Positions 19,588 to 28,745 of a stretch of DNA of 64,000 bases are shown here, piece after piece. The DNA is from Planctomycetota bacterium (GTDB taxonomy: Bacteria > Planctomycetota > UBA8108 > SXIK01). The stretch covers positions 6,400,001-6,464,000 of the forward strand of contig CBDCXR010000004.1 in the NCBI GenBank assembly GCA_965223845.1, given 5' to 3'. Each line of letters starts with the position of its first letter. The first letter of the stretch is position 1. Both the position numbers and the translations under genes were made by a program. The notes below the pieces were generated by a model. That model had not been told where the DNA came from. It searched no databases and saw only the letters and a program-made list of their open reading frames with translations.

Positions 19588-20225
19588 ACCCAAGGCGCGC
19601 GCGGCAGAAGGATCGACGCAGAGTACGTTCTCGCTCGGCGACGAGCGCCGCGAGTGGGATCGAGCCGCGCTGCCATCGCTCGCGTGTCGTGCCGAACGGT
19701 GAGCGAAGCGACTCGAAAACCTCGCTAACGACGTTCCGTCCGCGTCCGCGCCGCTTCGCGCCGCATTCGGGACAACTCTCCCGCGGCGGACGAATGCGGT
19801 AGCCGCCGCCCCGTCTCTCTTTCGCGGACTCGAGTTGCCCGCGATCCCCCCGCCTAGCGACAGTCCGCCCCGACGTCTTGCCGCCGACGCCGATTGTTCT
19901 TGGTGCGGGCTCGAGCGTGAGCGAGACTGGCGCTGAGAACGAGGCCGGTCGGGGACGGGTACCCGCCTACCGAGTTTCGACCGGGGAGGCCGATCCTTCA
20001 CGCGGGTCGAGTTCGGGGTAGCAGAAGCGCGAACGCCGCGACCGTGGAAATTCCGATCGAGGCCAGATCTGTCGGAAATCCGCGGAGAACTCCGACGGTT
20101 CTCGGCGGCGGATCGCGTTCATCGGGGTAGGGGCGTACGCACGGGACGTTTCGCTCGTGCGGCGGCGAGCGCGAACACCCTCGCCCAGACACCGGGAATG
20201 CACTCAACAAAAAGGGGTTGGAACC

Positions 20226-23200
20226 ATGTCGAAGCCGATCGATGACGGGCGGGCAGAGTGGGTCGAGGACGGTGATCGCGGTTGCGGCCCACGGGGAATC
20301 CTGGTCCTCGCCCTGCTCGTGACGTCGGTGTTGACGACGAGCACCCTCTCGACGCGAGCCGAGCCTCCCGACTTCTACGTGTCGGGAAGCGTGCGCGTCA
20401 CGATCGGACCGGACGAAGCCACGGCGCAGATTCGCTGGCAGCTCACGGACGAAAAGAACGACCGCGGCGATTGGATCCCCGCCGGAGACCGCTGGGCGAG
20501 CTCGAACGACGTCCTCGCCGGAATTCCTCCGGGAGAGTACGGCGTCGTGTTCGAAACGGACGGCGCGTGGAATCCGCCCGATGCGCGAACGGTGTACGTC
20601 GCACCGGCGGAGGATACGGAGCAGTCGGTGCTCGCTCAATCCGCGACGATCTACGAGACGGTCTCCGACGTTCCGACTCAGAACATCCGGCACGGCGATA
20701 CTCTGAAGTTCTTCGTTGCGAGCGGTGGATCACTCGTTCGCGTCGACACCGAACCCGGGGTGGAGCGCGACCTCTCGTTCGAAGGCGGCGTCTTTACGTA
20801 TCGTCCGTCCGAAGGCGAAGTGCGTCAGTTCACCGCAATCCTCTCCGGTGGCGGCACTCAGCAAGCCGTGGTGATCAACCCGCTTCGCATCCTCCCTTCC
20901 GAAGCCGATGTCATCGAGTACCGCGGCGACTTTCCGTGGCCGGAGAGCGCGGAGCGGAAGGCGTACCTGACGGTATCCGAAGAGGTCGGTCCCGCGCGCG
21001 CGTTCAACCACGAGAACCAGCCGACGCGTGCGGCGACGATCTCCGGGCAGCGAGTCGTATTCGAGCGCGGGCACGAAAGCGGTCTCTACGAGTCGTTCGC
21101 CTACGCCGACGACCAGATCGATAACGACAACGTCGCGTCGATGGTAATCTACGCCGACCAGGTCGTTGTCCGCGAGCGCGTCGAGCTGCCGTCGACGGCG
21201 CTCACGATCTTCGCGCGCGAACTGATCTTCGAAGACACGGACGGCGTCGAGGCCGCATTCATCACGACTCCGCTCCAGGCCGATCCCGCGCGCGACGGCT
21301 TCTGGCGGGACAACAAGCCCCACTCACCGGTTCACGGCGTCGACGGCGCGCAGGGGCTTGCCGCGGGCGGAGCTGCGCTTCATGTCGGCGCGATCACCGC
21401 ACCGGGCCCCACGACGCGGCTCGTGCTACGGGGCGGCACCGGTCAGGATGGCGGAGTCGGAAAGCATGGACCGGCGCTCAACAATCGAACGTCGTATACC
21501 GTCTACAATCCCGGCGACGGGATGCCCGGCTACCCGGCCGGCTATTCGGGCAAAGTCATCGGCGCGATCTTCTCCGAGTGCTGCCTCGGTTGCCGCGAGA
21601 AGGATCGCCAGGGGCGGACGAGCTGCATCCGAAGCGGATGGGACGCCGTTGCCGACGGCGCGTCGGGAAAAGGGGGGAGTGCGGGCCATCTCGTCGCACC
21701 GTTCGATCTCGCGTCCATTTCCGACTTGCGCGTCGGCATCTACGGCCGCGGTGCGGTGCGGCGATCGGGGTCGCTGGGGGACACGCCGACCGGAGCAAGG
21801 GTCGCGAGGAACTCCTACAACTGCCTGGGACAGTGGGGCAGCTGGAGCTCGACCAACTGCGGCAACCGTCACGGCAACGACCAGGCCGCCAAGGATTTCG
21901 TCGGGGCCGATCCGGTCGCGGGCGAGATGCGCGCGGAGCTCGAGCCATCGGCGTGGCTTCACCCGATCTCGGTGCGCGTGATGCTCGAGTACGCTCGCGA
22001 TGCGTATCTCAACGGCTACCCAGACATCGTGCGGAACGTGGTGGCGCCGTACGCCGTCGCTCTCGAGGCGTACGAGAACCCTCCGGAAGAGATCGCGAAC
22101 GAGCTCGCGCAGCTCGAAAGCGAAGTGACGACCATCCTCCATCGGCTCGACAGCAACCTCGATTACTTCGGGTTCCCGGCCGGTTGGGTGCCGATGCTTT
22201 CCTTCGAGGTGACGTCGCGGCTCTTCCAAGACGAAGTCGAGGCGGCCGGCGACATTCTCTATCTCACTCACTACCTCGGGCGAGCGGCGAGCGAGGCGAC
22301 GGCGAAGGTCGACGCTCTGACGCGACTCCGGGCCGAGCTCTCGCGAGAGATCGCCGAGTTCAAGGAGCGCCTCAGCGAGGTGAGGGTCGGATTCGATGAC
22401 CTCCAGATCAAGGCGGGGCTCATCGACCAGGACATCCGCGACACCGGTCGCGAGCTCGAACGACGCGAGGCCGAATTGAGGGAGAAGGCCAAGCTGAACG
22501 CCGCGCTCAAAAAATCGTTTCGCGTGCTCGGCAATACTCTTCCTCTCATTCCCGTCGGTCAGCCCGCGCTCGGGCTCGCGGGCGCCGGACTCACCGCGGC
22601 GTCGAAGTTCAACGAGCAGAGTGCGCTCGACAACGCGATCGACGGCACGAACATCGCGCACGATTTTCTTGGGTCGCACATGGAATCGAGCCTCGAGGAG
22701 TACCAGATCGCCGCCGAGGGCGGCCAGGCCGGCGCCGCGTTCCTCGCGCGGCAGAAGGCACTCCAAGGATTCGACGCGGCGCTCGTGGGCGTCAACTCGA
22801 CTCTTCAAGAAGTGAAGACGTGGGAAAGCGACGTCGATCGAGAGGTGCAGATCCTCGCGGCCGAGGATCCAGAGCACAAAGATCTCGTCGAGGAGATCAA
22901 GAAGCTGAACGAACGAAAGCGCGAGTTCGTCGAGGAAATGGTCGTTCTCATCCAGCAGGCGAAGGCCCTCATGGACGGGATCAATCAAAACTCCCTCGCG
23001 CTCGATAACTTGAACCGCGAGACGGTGGCCGCGTTCGGTCAGATCGATGAATCCGCATTCCGCTACATCAAGGAGATGGAGCGGCGCTCGAAAGACCGGC
23101 TCCTCAAGTTTCAGTACTACCTCATCAAGGCGTACCAGTACCGTACGGTGCGCTCGTTCGCCGAAGTGAACGAGAACGCGTACGAGCTCGGCGCGGTGTT

Positions 23201-24518
23201 CGAGCATTTTGCCGACAACTTTACGAACGATTTCTCGCCCGAGGCCGGTGCGCCGATCCTCAGCCGAGACGCTCAGCCGAATCTCGTCGACGTGTACACC
23301 GAGCAAGTGCGTCAGGTGACGGCGCAAATCGTCGACCACCTCGTCCAGGAGCCGCCCGAACAGACCGACACGCTCCTCGTCGAGCTGGACGGCGCGCAGC
23401 TCGCGAAGCTGAACGCCTGGGACGATAGCTTCGGAGCCAATCCCGACGGCGATTTGAAGCTCAACCTCGTCGAGCTCGGCGGGCTCTTCGACCAGCAGCA
23501 AGAGAATCTACGGATTTTCGAGCTGACGGTCGACGAGCTCGAAGCCTCGCCGCGCGGCGCGAGCGGCCCGGCGCGCGTCACGGTTCACATTCAGCACTCT
23601 GGTCAGTCGCTGATCTCGTCGAAGGGCGGAGTCTTTCGCTTCAATCACTACCGGACTCTCGAAACGCCTCCGATTTCATGGCGTGCGCGCTTCGATCCGT
23701 CGACGGGGACTCACTCGACGCCCGAACTCTCCGCGGCGAGCAATTCGCTTCTCGAAACGCTTCTGAGTGGGCTGGAGGGCGACGTGCCGGACGACTTGCT
23801 TCTCTATTCACGTCCGTCGGCCTGGGCCGACCTCACCATCTCGAAGGAGACCCTCTCCGACGTTCACGAGATGCAGATCGACAAGCTCGTTCTCAAGCTG
23901 CGCGTCGATTTCTCGGAGAAGGAGCGGCGACAAGCGGAGCTCGACGTGCGCATCGACTCGGATACGGGCGAGGAGCTCGCGGCGAACATCGTCGTCGAGG
24001 AGCTCGACGAAAACTTGCGGCACGACGGGCGCGGGGCGTTCCGGCGGATCTACCGCGCGGGCGAGCGCGTGACGCTCGAAGCTTCCCGCTTCTACGGCGC
24101 GTACCGCTTCGATCGCTGGGTCAATCGCCGCGGCGACGACGTCGGCACGGGAAACATGCTCAGCTTGACCTTGCCTCTCAGCGACAGCGCGACGATCTCA
24201 CGCTTCCGTGCGATCTACACGGCGAACGATGGCGGCGGTGGCGATATCTACAAGCGAGGCGACGCGAACGCCGACGGCGGAGCGAACGTAGCGGACGCGA
24301 TTTGGATCCTCAATCGACTCTTCGGCGACGGTGATCCGATCGTCTGTGAGAAGACGGCGGACGTGAACGACAGCGGGAGCGTCAACATCGCCGACCCGAT
24401 CTTCCTCCTCAATCACCTGTTCGGGGACGCGGAGACGCCGGCCGATCCGTGGGGAAGCTGCGGTGCGGATCCGACCCCGGACGTGCTGAGCTGTGCGATC
24501 TACACGCCTTGCTTGTAA
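20226..24518 (+). CDS. Large exported multidomain protein, putative alpha-helical pore-forming/TcA-like toxin with C-terminal dockerin-like module
   Basis: RBS aaagggg before ATG 20226; signal ILVLALLVTSVLTTSTLSTRA; Ig-like domains, Gly-rich region, NLDYFGFPAGWVPMLSFE, long coiled coils around a hydrophobic hairpin, FQYYLIKAYQYR, beta-sandwich, YKRGDANADGGANVADAIWIL dockerin. CDS is certain, product is inference. Confidence 0.7.
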   Translation: MSKPIDDGRAEWVEDGDRGCGPRGILVLALLVTSVLTTSTLSTRAEPPDFYVSGSVRVTIGPDEATAQIRWQLTDEKNDRGDWIPAGDRWASSNDVLAGIPPGEYGVVFETDGAWNPPDARTVYVAPAEDTEQSVLAQSATIYETVSDVPTQNIRHGDTLKFFVASGGSLVRVDTEPGVERDLSFEGGVFTYRPSEGEVRQFTAILSGGGTQQAVVINPLRILPSEADVIEYRGDFPWPESAERKAYLTVSEEVGPARAFNHENQPTRAATISGQRVVFERGHESGLYESFAYADDQIDNDNVASMVIYADQVVVRERVELPSTALTIFARELIFEDTDGVEAAFITTPLQADPARDGFWRDNKPHSPVHGVDGAQGLAAGGAALHVGAITAPGPTTRLVLRGGTGQDGGVGKHGPALNNRTSYTVYNPGDGMPGYPAGYSGKVIGAIFSECCLGCREKDRQGRTSCIRSGWDAVADGASGKGGSAGHLVAPFDLASISDLRVGIYGRGAVRRSGSLGDTPTGARVARNSYNCLGQWGSWSSTNCGNRHGNDQAAKDFVGADPVAGEMRAELEPSAWLHPISVRVMLEYARDAYLNGYPDIVRNVVAPYAVALEAYENPPEEIANELAQLESEVTTILHRLDSNLDYFGFPAGWVPMLSFEVTSRLFQDEVEAAGDILYLTHYLGRAASEATAKVDALTRLRAELSREIAEFKERLSEVRVGFDDLQIKAGLIDQDIRDTGRELERREAELREKAKLNAALKKSFRVLGNTLPLIPVGQPALGLAGAGLTAASKFNEQSALDNAIDGTNIAHDFLGSHMESSLEEYQIAAEGGQAGAAFLARQKALQGFDAALVGVNSTLQEVKTWESDVDREVQILAAEDPEHKDLVEEIKKLNERKREFVEEMVVLIQQAKALMDGINQNSLALDNLNRETVAAFGQIDESAFRYIKEMERRSKDRLLKFQYYLIKAYQYRTVRSFAEVNENAYELGAVFEHFADNFTNDFSPEAGAPILSRDAQPNLVDVYTEQVRQVTAQIVDHLVQEPPEQTDTLLVELDGAQLAKLNAWDDSFGANPDGDLKLNLVELGGLFDQQQENLRIFELTVDELEASPRGASGPARVTVHIQHSGQSLISSKGGVFRFNHYRTLETPPISWRARFDPSTGTHSTPELSAASNSLLETLLSGLEGDVPDDLLLYSRPSAWADLTISKETLSDVHEMQIDKLVLKLRVDFSEKERRQAELDVRIDSDTGEELAANIVVEELDENLRHDGRGAFRRIYRAGERVTLEASRFYGAYRFDRWVNRRGDDVGTGNMLSLTLPLSDSATISRFRAIYTANDGGGGDIYKRGDANADGGANVADAIWILNRLFGDGDPIVCEKTADVNDSGSVNIADPIFLLNHLFGDAETPADPWGSCGADPTPDVLSCAIYTPCL

Positions 24519-24635
24519 GCGACGGAGGCTCGCGCTCAGCAAGGTGAGGTGATCCGCCTGGGAACGATCCGGGAATCGCCGCGATGAGCACAGGATCAAG
24601 CTAAGATGGTGACGGCTTCCATCGAGGCGCGTCGC

Positions 24636-25059
24636 ATGAAGCGATCCTTGTCCGCGATTGTCATCAGCCTAGCGTTCGGCAGCGTCATCGGCTTCTTTGT
24701 CGGTGCCGCGAATCGCGTTCGTATCGCCTCGCTTCGAACGGCGCGACGGCCGGGTCCTGGCCGCGGAGGCAGACGTCCGCGCGATCTTCGCGGAGTGCGT
24801 GCGCTTCCGCTCGGATCGAGATCGCTGGCCGCGAAGCGTCTTGGACGCCCTCGATCCAGGTCCCGAGCCGGGCTCGGGGGTGGCGATGGTCTGCTTCAGT
24901 CCCGACTTAGAGCTCGATCCTTGGGGAGGCCGTTACCACTTGTTGGTCGATGGAGAAGAGGATCAGCTCTTCGTCGTGTCGTTCGGTGCGGACGAGCGAC
25001 CGGGAGGACGGGGACTCGACGCGGACATCATTTTCGGCGGCGATCAACCGTACCGATGA
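24636..25059 (+). pseudogene. GspG (T2SS pseudopilin) C-terminal-domain protein split by a +1 frameshift near 24696
   Basis: Frame A: MKRSLSAIVISLAFGSVIGF; frame B: LSVPRI...AEADVRAI...RWP...LDPWGGRY...VSFGADERPGGRGLDADI (T2SSG motif). Deleting one T from ttctttg joins them. Confidence 0.7.
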
Positions 25060-25077
25060 GCCGGGAGTCAAGTAGCC

Positions 25078-25393
25078 GTGGCTGAACTCATCGCGACTCT
25101 AGATCTGCTCTGCGTCGACCCAACCGGAAAGCGATCGAACGTCACCGTCTCGATTCGAAGGCCCTACGAATGTGAAGACGGGACTTGGAAATGCCTCGCG
25201 AGCTTGGACGGACTTCATTCGAAGCTTCCCCCCGGCGACGGGCGAGGATTCCCTTCAGGCACTTTGTCTCGCATCGCGACTCGTCCGTGATTTGCTCGTA
25301 GCGTTCAAGTCGCGTGGCGGTCAGATCTTCTTTCCGAAAGAGGAAGACTCCGAGTTCCCGATCGAGGCCTACTGGGCGCCCACGGGACGGTAG
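25078..25393 (+). pseudogene. DUF6968-like small protein split by a +1 frameshift in a C6 run (25228-25233)
   Basis: MAELIATLDL...VTVSIRRPY...WKC...LDGL..KLPP joins ATGEDSLQALCLA...GG.IF if one C is removed. Confidence 0.65.
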
Positions 25394-25448
25394 ACGGTTC
25401 GCCGCAGATTCCCTGCATCGAATTCCCCCGCCGCGGGACCTTATCTGC

Positions 25449-27035
25449 ATGACCCGGGAAGAACCCTCGCGGATCGAGCCCGAGCGCCTCCTGCTCGAGA
25501 CGGACTGGTTGCGACGACTAGCGCGCGGACTCGTGGGCGATGAGGCGACAGCCGATGACGTCGTGCAATCGGCCTGGACGGAGTACGTCGAGCGTCCGCC
25601 AGGCCGTGCCGGCGCCGCGATCGCATGGCTCAGTCGAGTCGTACGGAGCACGGCCTACAAATGGCGGCGGACGGAGCGGAGACGATCGCTTCGCGAGCGC
25701 GCGCTCGCCCGCGCCGAGTGCGTCACCGAGACGCCGGAGTCGCTCGCGATGCGTGCAGAGCTCCACCGAGAGCTGACGACTCGGGTCTTGGAGCTGAACG
25801 AGCCGTACCGTTCGGTCGTCCTGCGGCGCTACTACGAGGGTATGCGGCCGGTGGACATCGCGCGTGCTTCGGGCGCCTCCGAGGCGACGGTGCGTTCCCA
25901 GCTCCGCCGTGCACTCGTCCTCCTTCGGGGGGAGTTGTCCGCTCGCCATCGGAACGCGCTCTCGTTCGCCGCGGGATCGGGAGCGGCTCTCGCGAGCACG
26001 TCGGCGTCCGCCGCCGGCGCGTCCGCGACCTCGGCGGCGGCGTTCTCTGCCGTGTTTGGATCATCGCTTACAGGAGCTCTCATCGTGTCGAAGCCAGCTA
26101 CTCTCTTCGTCTGCGCGGCGCTCGCGTGCGCCGGAATCGGTTCCGGGTTGTGGTGGCTGATCGGGAACGAAGCATCCGAGCTCGCGGAGCGCACGCCGGC
26201 ATCCGACGACGAGCTCGCCGCACGCCTCGAGCGCAGCGAGCAGGCTCTCGCTGCCGCTCGGCGGGCGATTCGTCAATCGGATCGAAGAAGTCGCGAGCTC
26301 GCGGTCGAGATCGATCGACTCCGGCGAGCGAACCGCGATCTCGCCGCGCGCACGTCGCAAGCCGCGGTCCCGGCCGGCGGCACGTTGCCCGTCACCGAAC
26401 AAACGGAGGCCGCGGCGGCCTGGCTCCAGTCGATCCGTCCCGGTCAGTTCGGCGACATTACGCCGGAAGAGACTCTCTTTCTCCGTGAGCTCGACCTCTC
26501 CGGCATCGAGTTCGGCGACGCGGAGGTTCAGCACCTCCTCGAGATGCCGTCGCTGATTCGACTGACGGTCGGCGGTGACGGGCTCACCGACGCGGGATTC
26601 GCGGAGCTCGTGCGGCTCGAACGACTCGAGTTCCTCGACGTATCCGGCGCACAAATCACCGGAGTGGGACTGGCGAGTTTGGTGGACTCGTCTCTCGAGT
26701 CGCTCCACCTCAGCCACACGCCGCTCACCGACTCCGCTTTGGTGAATCTTCCCGTGATGCCGTCTCTCGTTCAGATCAAGCTCAACCACACGGAAGTGAC
26801 CGACGTCGGTCTCGCTGAGCTCGCGCGACTTCAGCATCTCGAGCACGTCGAGCTCGACGGAACCACCGTGACGGAGAACGGCCTCGCTCAGCTCCTCGAA
26901 CGGAATCCGTCGATCGTGCGCGTCGAGGCGCGCAGGACGGCCGCGACGTCTGAGAGCGAACGACGCCTCCGGGCGCAATACCCAGAGTGCAAGTTCGTCA
27001 CTGAGTCCGGGGCCCTCCCGGTGTTTCTTCGGTAG
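25449..27035 (+). CDS. ECF sigma factor fused to TM helix, coiled coil and leucine-rich repeats
   Basis: Sigma2 WLRRLARGLVGDEATADDVVQ, sigma4 LNEPYRSVVLRRYYEGM...TVRSQLRRA; TM LFVCAALACAGIGSGLWWL; LRRs LRELDLSG, LEFLDVSGAQIT, LESLHLSHTPLTD, LEHVELDGTTVT. Confidence 0.85.
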   Translation: MTREEPSRIEPERLLLETDWLRRLARGLVGDEATADDVVQSAWTEYVERPPGRAGAAIAWLSRVVRSTAYKWRRTERRRSLRERALARAECVTETPESLAMRAELHRELTTRVLELNEPYRSVVLRRYYEGMRPVDIARASGASEATVRSQLRRALVLLRGELSARHRNALSFAAGSGAALASTSASAAGASATSAAAFSAVFGSSLTGALIVSKPATLFVCAALACAGIGSGLWWLIGNEASELAERTPASDDELAARLERSEQALAAARRAIRQSDRRSRELAVEIDRLRRANRDLAARTSQAAVPAGGTLPVTEQTEAAAAWLQSIRPGQFGDITPEETLFLRELDLSGIEFGDAEVQHLLEMPSLIRLTVGGDGLTDAGFAELVRLERLEFLDVSGAQITGVGLASLVDSSLESLHLSHTPLTDSALVNLPVMPSLVQIKLNHTEVTDVGLAELARLQHLEHVELDGTTVTENGLAQLLERNPSIVRVEARRTAATSESERRLRAQYPECKFVTESGALPVFLR

Positions 27036-28377
27036 AGGGTGCCTGGGGCCGAAACGTCAAACTCACGCGCTTCGCCGGCGCCAAATGGTTCCGGATGGCG
27101 CGGCGTAGGTCGTCCGCCGTGACGGCCTCCACCGCATCGGCGATCTGCGCCCGCAAGTCGCCGTAGCGGAATTCGAGAATCGCCCACTGGACCGCGATGT
27201 TCGCGTGAAACATCGCGTCGGTGAGGTTCGGGGGTTTCGCCTGCAGCGCCTTGCCGACGTCCGCCGGCTGGCGGAGCTTATGGGCGAGCTGAGCCGCGAT
27301 CGGCGGGATGCGCTCGTTCGCCGCCGCCGGAATGCCCGCGGCGAGAATCTCGCCGATGCGCTTTTTGGCGAGTTCGGCCGAGCCACCGGATTTCAGCGAG
27401 GCGCTCACCTGAAAGTATGTGCGTTCTGGTGTGCGGAGATCGAGATCGCAGAGCGTGTGGACAGCGTGCTTCTTGAGCGCGGGATCGGAGTAGAGCCTCG
27501 CCCGGAGAAGAAAGCTCGCGACGTAGAGCGCCGGGTAATCGGGATGGTCGTCCGCCGGCGCCGGATAGGTCTCGATGTAGTGCCTCGCCGGGAGATCCCA
27601 CGTCGCAGCGATCCCGCGTGTCGTACCGAGATCTCGCGTCGCGCGCGGCGGTCCCTCGGCGTTCGACGTCAGCCCCGAGAAGCGCTTCGTAATCGTTCTC
27701 CTCGCGATCTCTGGCGGAACGCTTCCGATCACACAGAGCACTGTTCTCCGAAAGTCGAGGAAGTGTCGATTGCGGTAGTTCTCGACTTCCTGCAGCGCCG
27801 CGGACTCGAGGGCTCCGCGCACCGCGACGTGCGGCGCTCCGTGGCGAACGACTTGATTCCAGGCCGCAGTCGCCCATTTGTGAGTGAATTGATTTTTTAA
27901 CGTGGCGTCGATCTCGGAGAGCGCGTTCGGCACTTCTTCTTCGAAGCTCGCGATCGAAAAGCGCATTCCCGAAAGCCACTTGAACTGCAAATCGAGCGCA
28001 GCCTGCCACTCCACTTGCGGCCCCAGCGCGTCGAGGTGCATCGCGTCGTGAAACGTCTCGCCGTTCCGCCGCCGGTAGTCCGCGACGGGGCCGGTGGTTC
28101 GGATCGTGAGATGCTCGATGAGGTGACTCCACTGCGTCTTCTCGCGCCCGTCGAAGGCGAGGGCGAGCGGAAGTACGGTGAACGCCCCGAAGTCCTTCGC
28201 CTCGGGGACGTGGAGCACGACGACGCGGAGCCCGTTCTTGAGCGTGAATCGAGTGACCGACGGAGGCTTCGCCGACGCGAAGGATCCGAGCGGTGCGATC
28301 GCGAGAACGAGCGCGGCGAACAAGATCGATGGCAAGTGGGCGACGCGAGGTACCAAGTGATGAGCCTCCTCTCGCAC
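26998..28377 (-). CDS. M16 (insulinase) family metallopeptidase, exported
   Basis: Signal peptide; FTLKNGLRVV; inverted zinc motif SHLIEHL; DHPDYPALYV; C-terminal EAVTADDLRR. Confidence 0.85.
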   Translation of the reverse strand: MREEAHHLVPRVAHLPSILFAALVLAIAPLGSFASAKPPSVTRFTLKNGLRVVVLHVPEAKDFGAFTVLPLALAFDGREKTQWSHLIEHLTIRTTGPVADYRRRNGETFHDAMHLDALGPQVEWQAALDLQFKWLSGMRFSIASFEEEVPNALSEIDATLKNQFTHKWATAAWNQVVRHGAPHVAVRGALESAALQEVENYRNRHFLDFRRTVLCVIGSVPPEIARRTITKRFSGLTSNAEGPPRATRDLGTTRGIAATWDLPARHYIETYPAPADDHPDYPALYVASFLLRARLYSDPALKKHAVHTLCDLDLRTPERTYFQVSASLKSGGSAELAKKRIGEILAAGIPAAANERIPPIAAQLAHKLRQPADVGKALQAKPPNLTDAMFHANIAVQWAILEFRYGDLRAQIADAVEAVTADDLRRAIRNHLAPAKRVSLTFRPQAPSTEETPGGPRTQ

Positions 28378-28713
28378 GGGTGTCTGACGTTGAGAACACT
28401 CAGCTTAACACCCGCCCGGAGCGGCCGGCAGTCCGAAGCGCGATCGTGGATTCGCCCGGGAGCATCCGGGAGAATGGCGCCCGGACGCGTCGACCGAACT
28501 CGAACCGAGCGGTCGGCTCGAGAAGAGACGGACCACCAGGGGATCGGAAGGGCGCGCAGGACGTCGAGATGGGCGAAATGACGAAGCGACGGGAGACATC
28601 CGATCGAGACGCGGGACTCGCAACCGGACTCGGCGCCGAAGGCTCGGGAAGGGAGGATCGGCATTCGGCCGCTCCCGGGTCGTTCTTCGCTCTGACCGTC
28701 CCTATCTTTTCCT

Positions 28714-28745
28714 CCCTTTGTGTCCTTCCGGGACCCTTCGTGGTG
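28714..28745 (-). repeat. REP-like repeat, diverged reverse copy; degenerate forward partner at 28532-28560
   Basis: Reverse complement caccacgaagggtcccggaaggacacaaaggg; partner accaccaggggatcggaagggcgcgcagg. Confidence 0.55.

Noticed and set aside
16696-20001. 1101-aa minus-strand ORF
   Set aside because: Antisense shadow of the zinc-ribbon/TPR gene; Arg/Ser-rich, no motifs; long antisense frames are common at this GC.
21426-23501. 691-aa minus-strand ORF (and similar antisense ORFs over fumC, DUF1501 and TolC genes)
   Set aside because: Codon-mirror of the real plus-strand gene with no recognisable domain.
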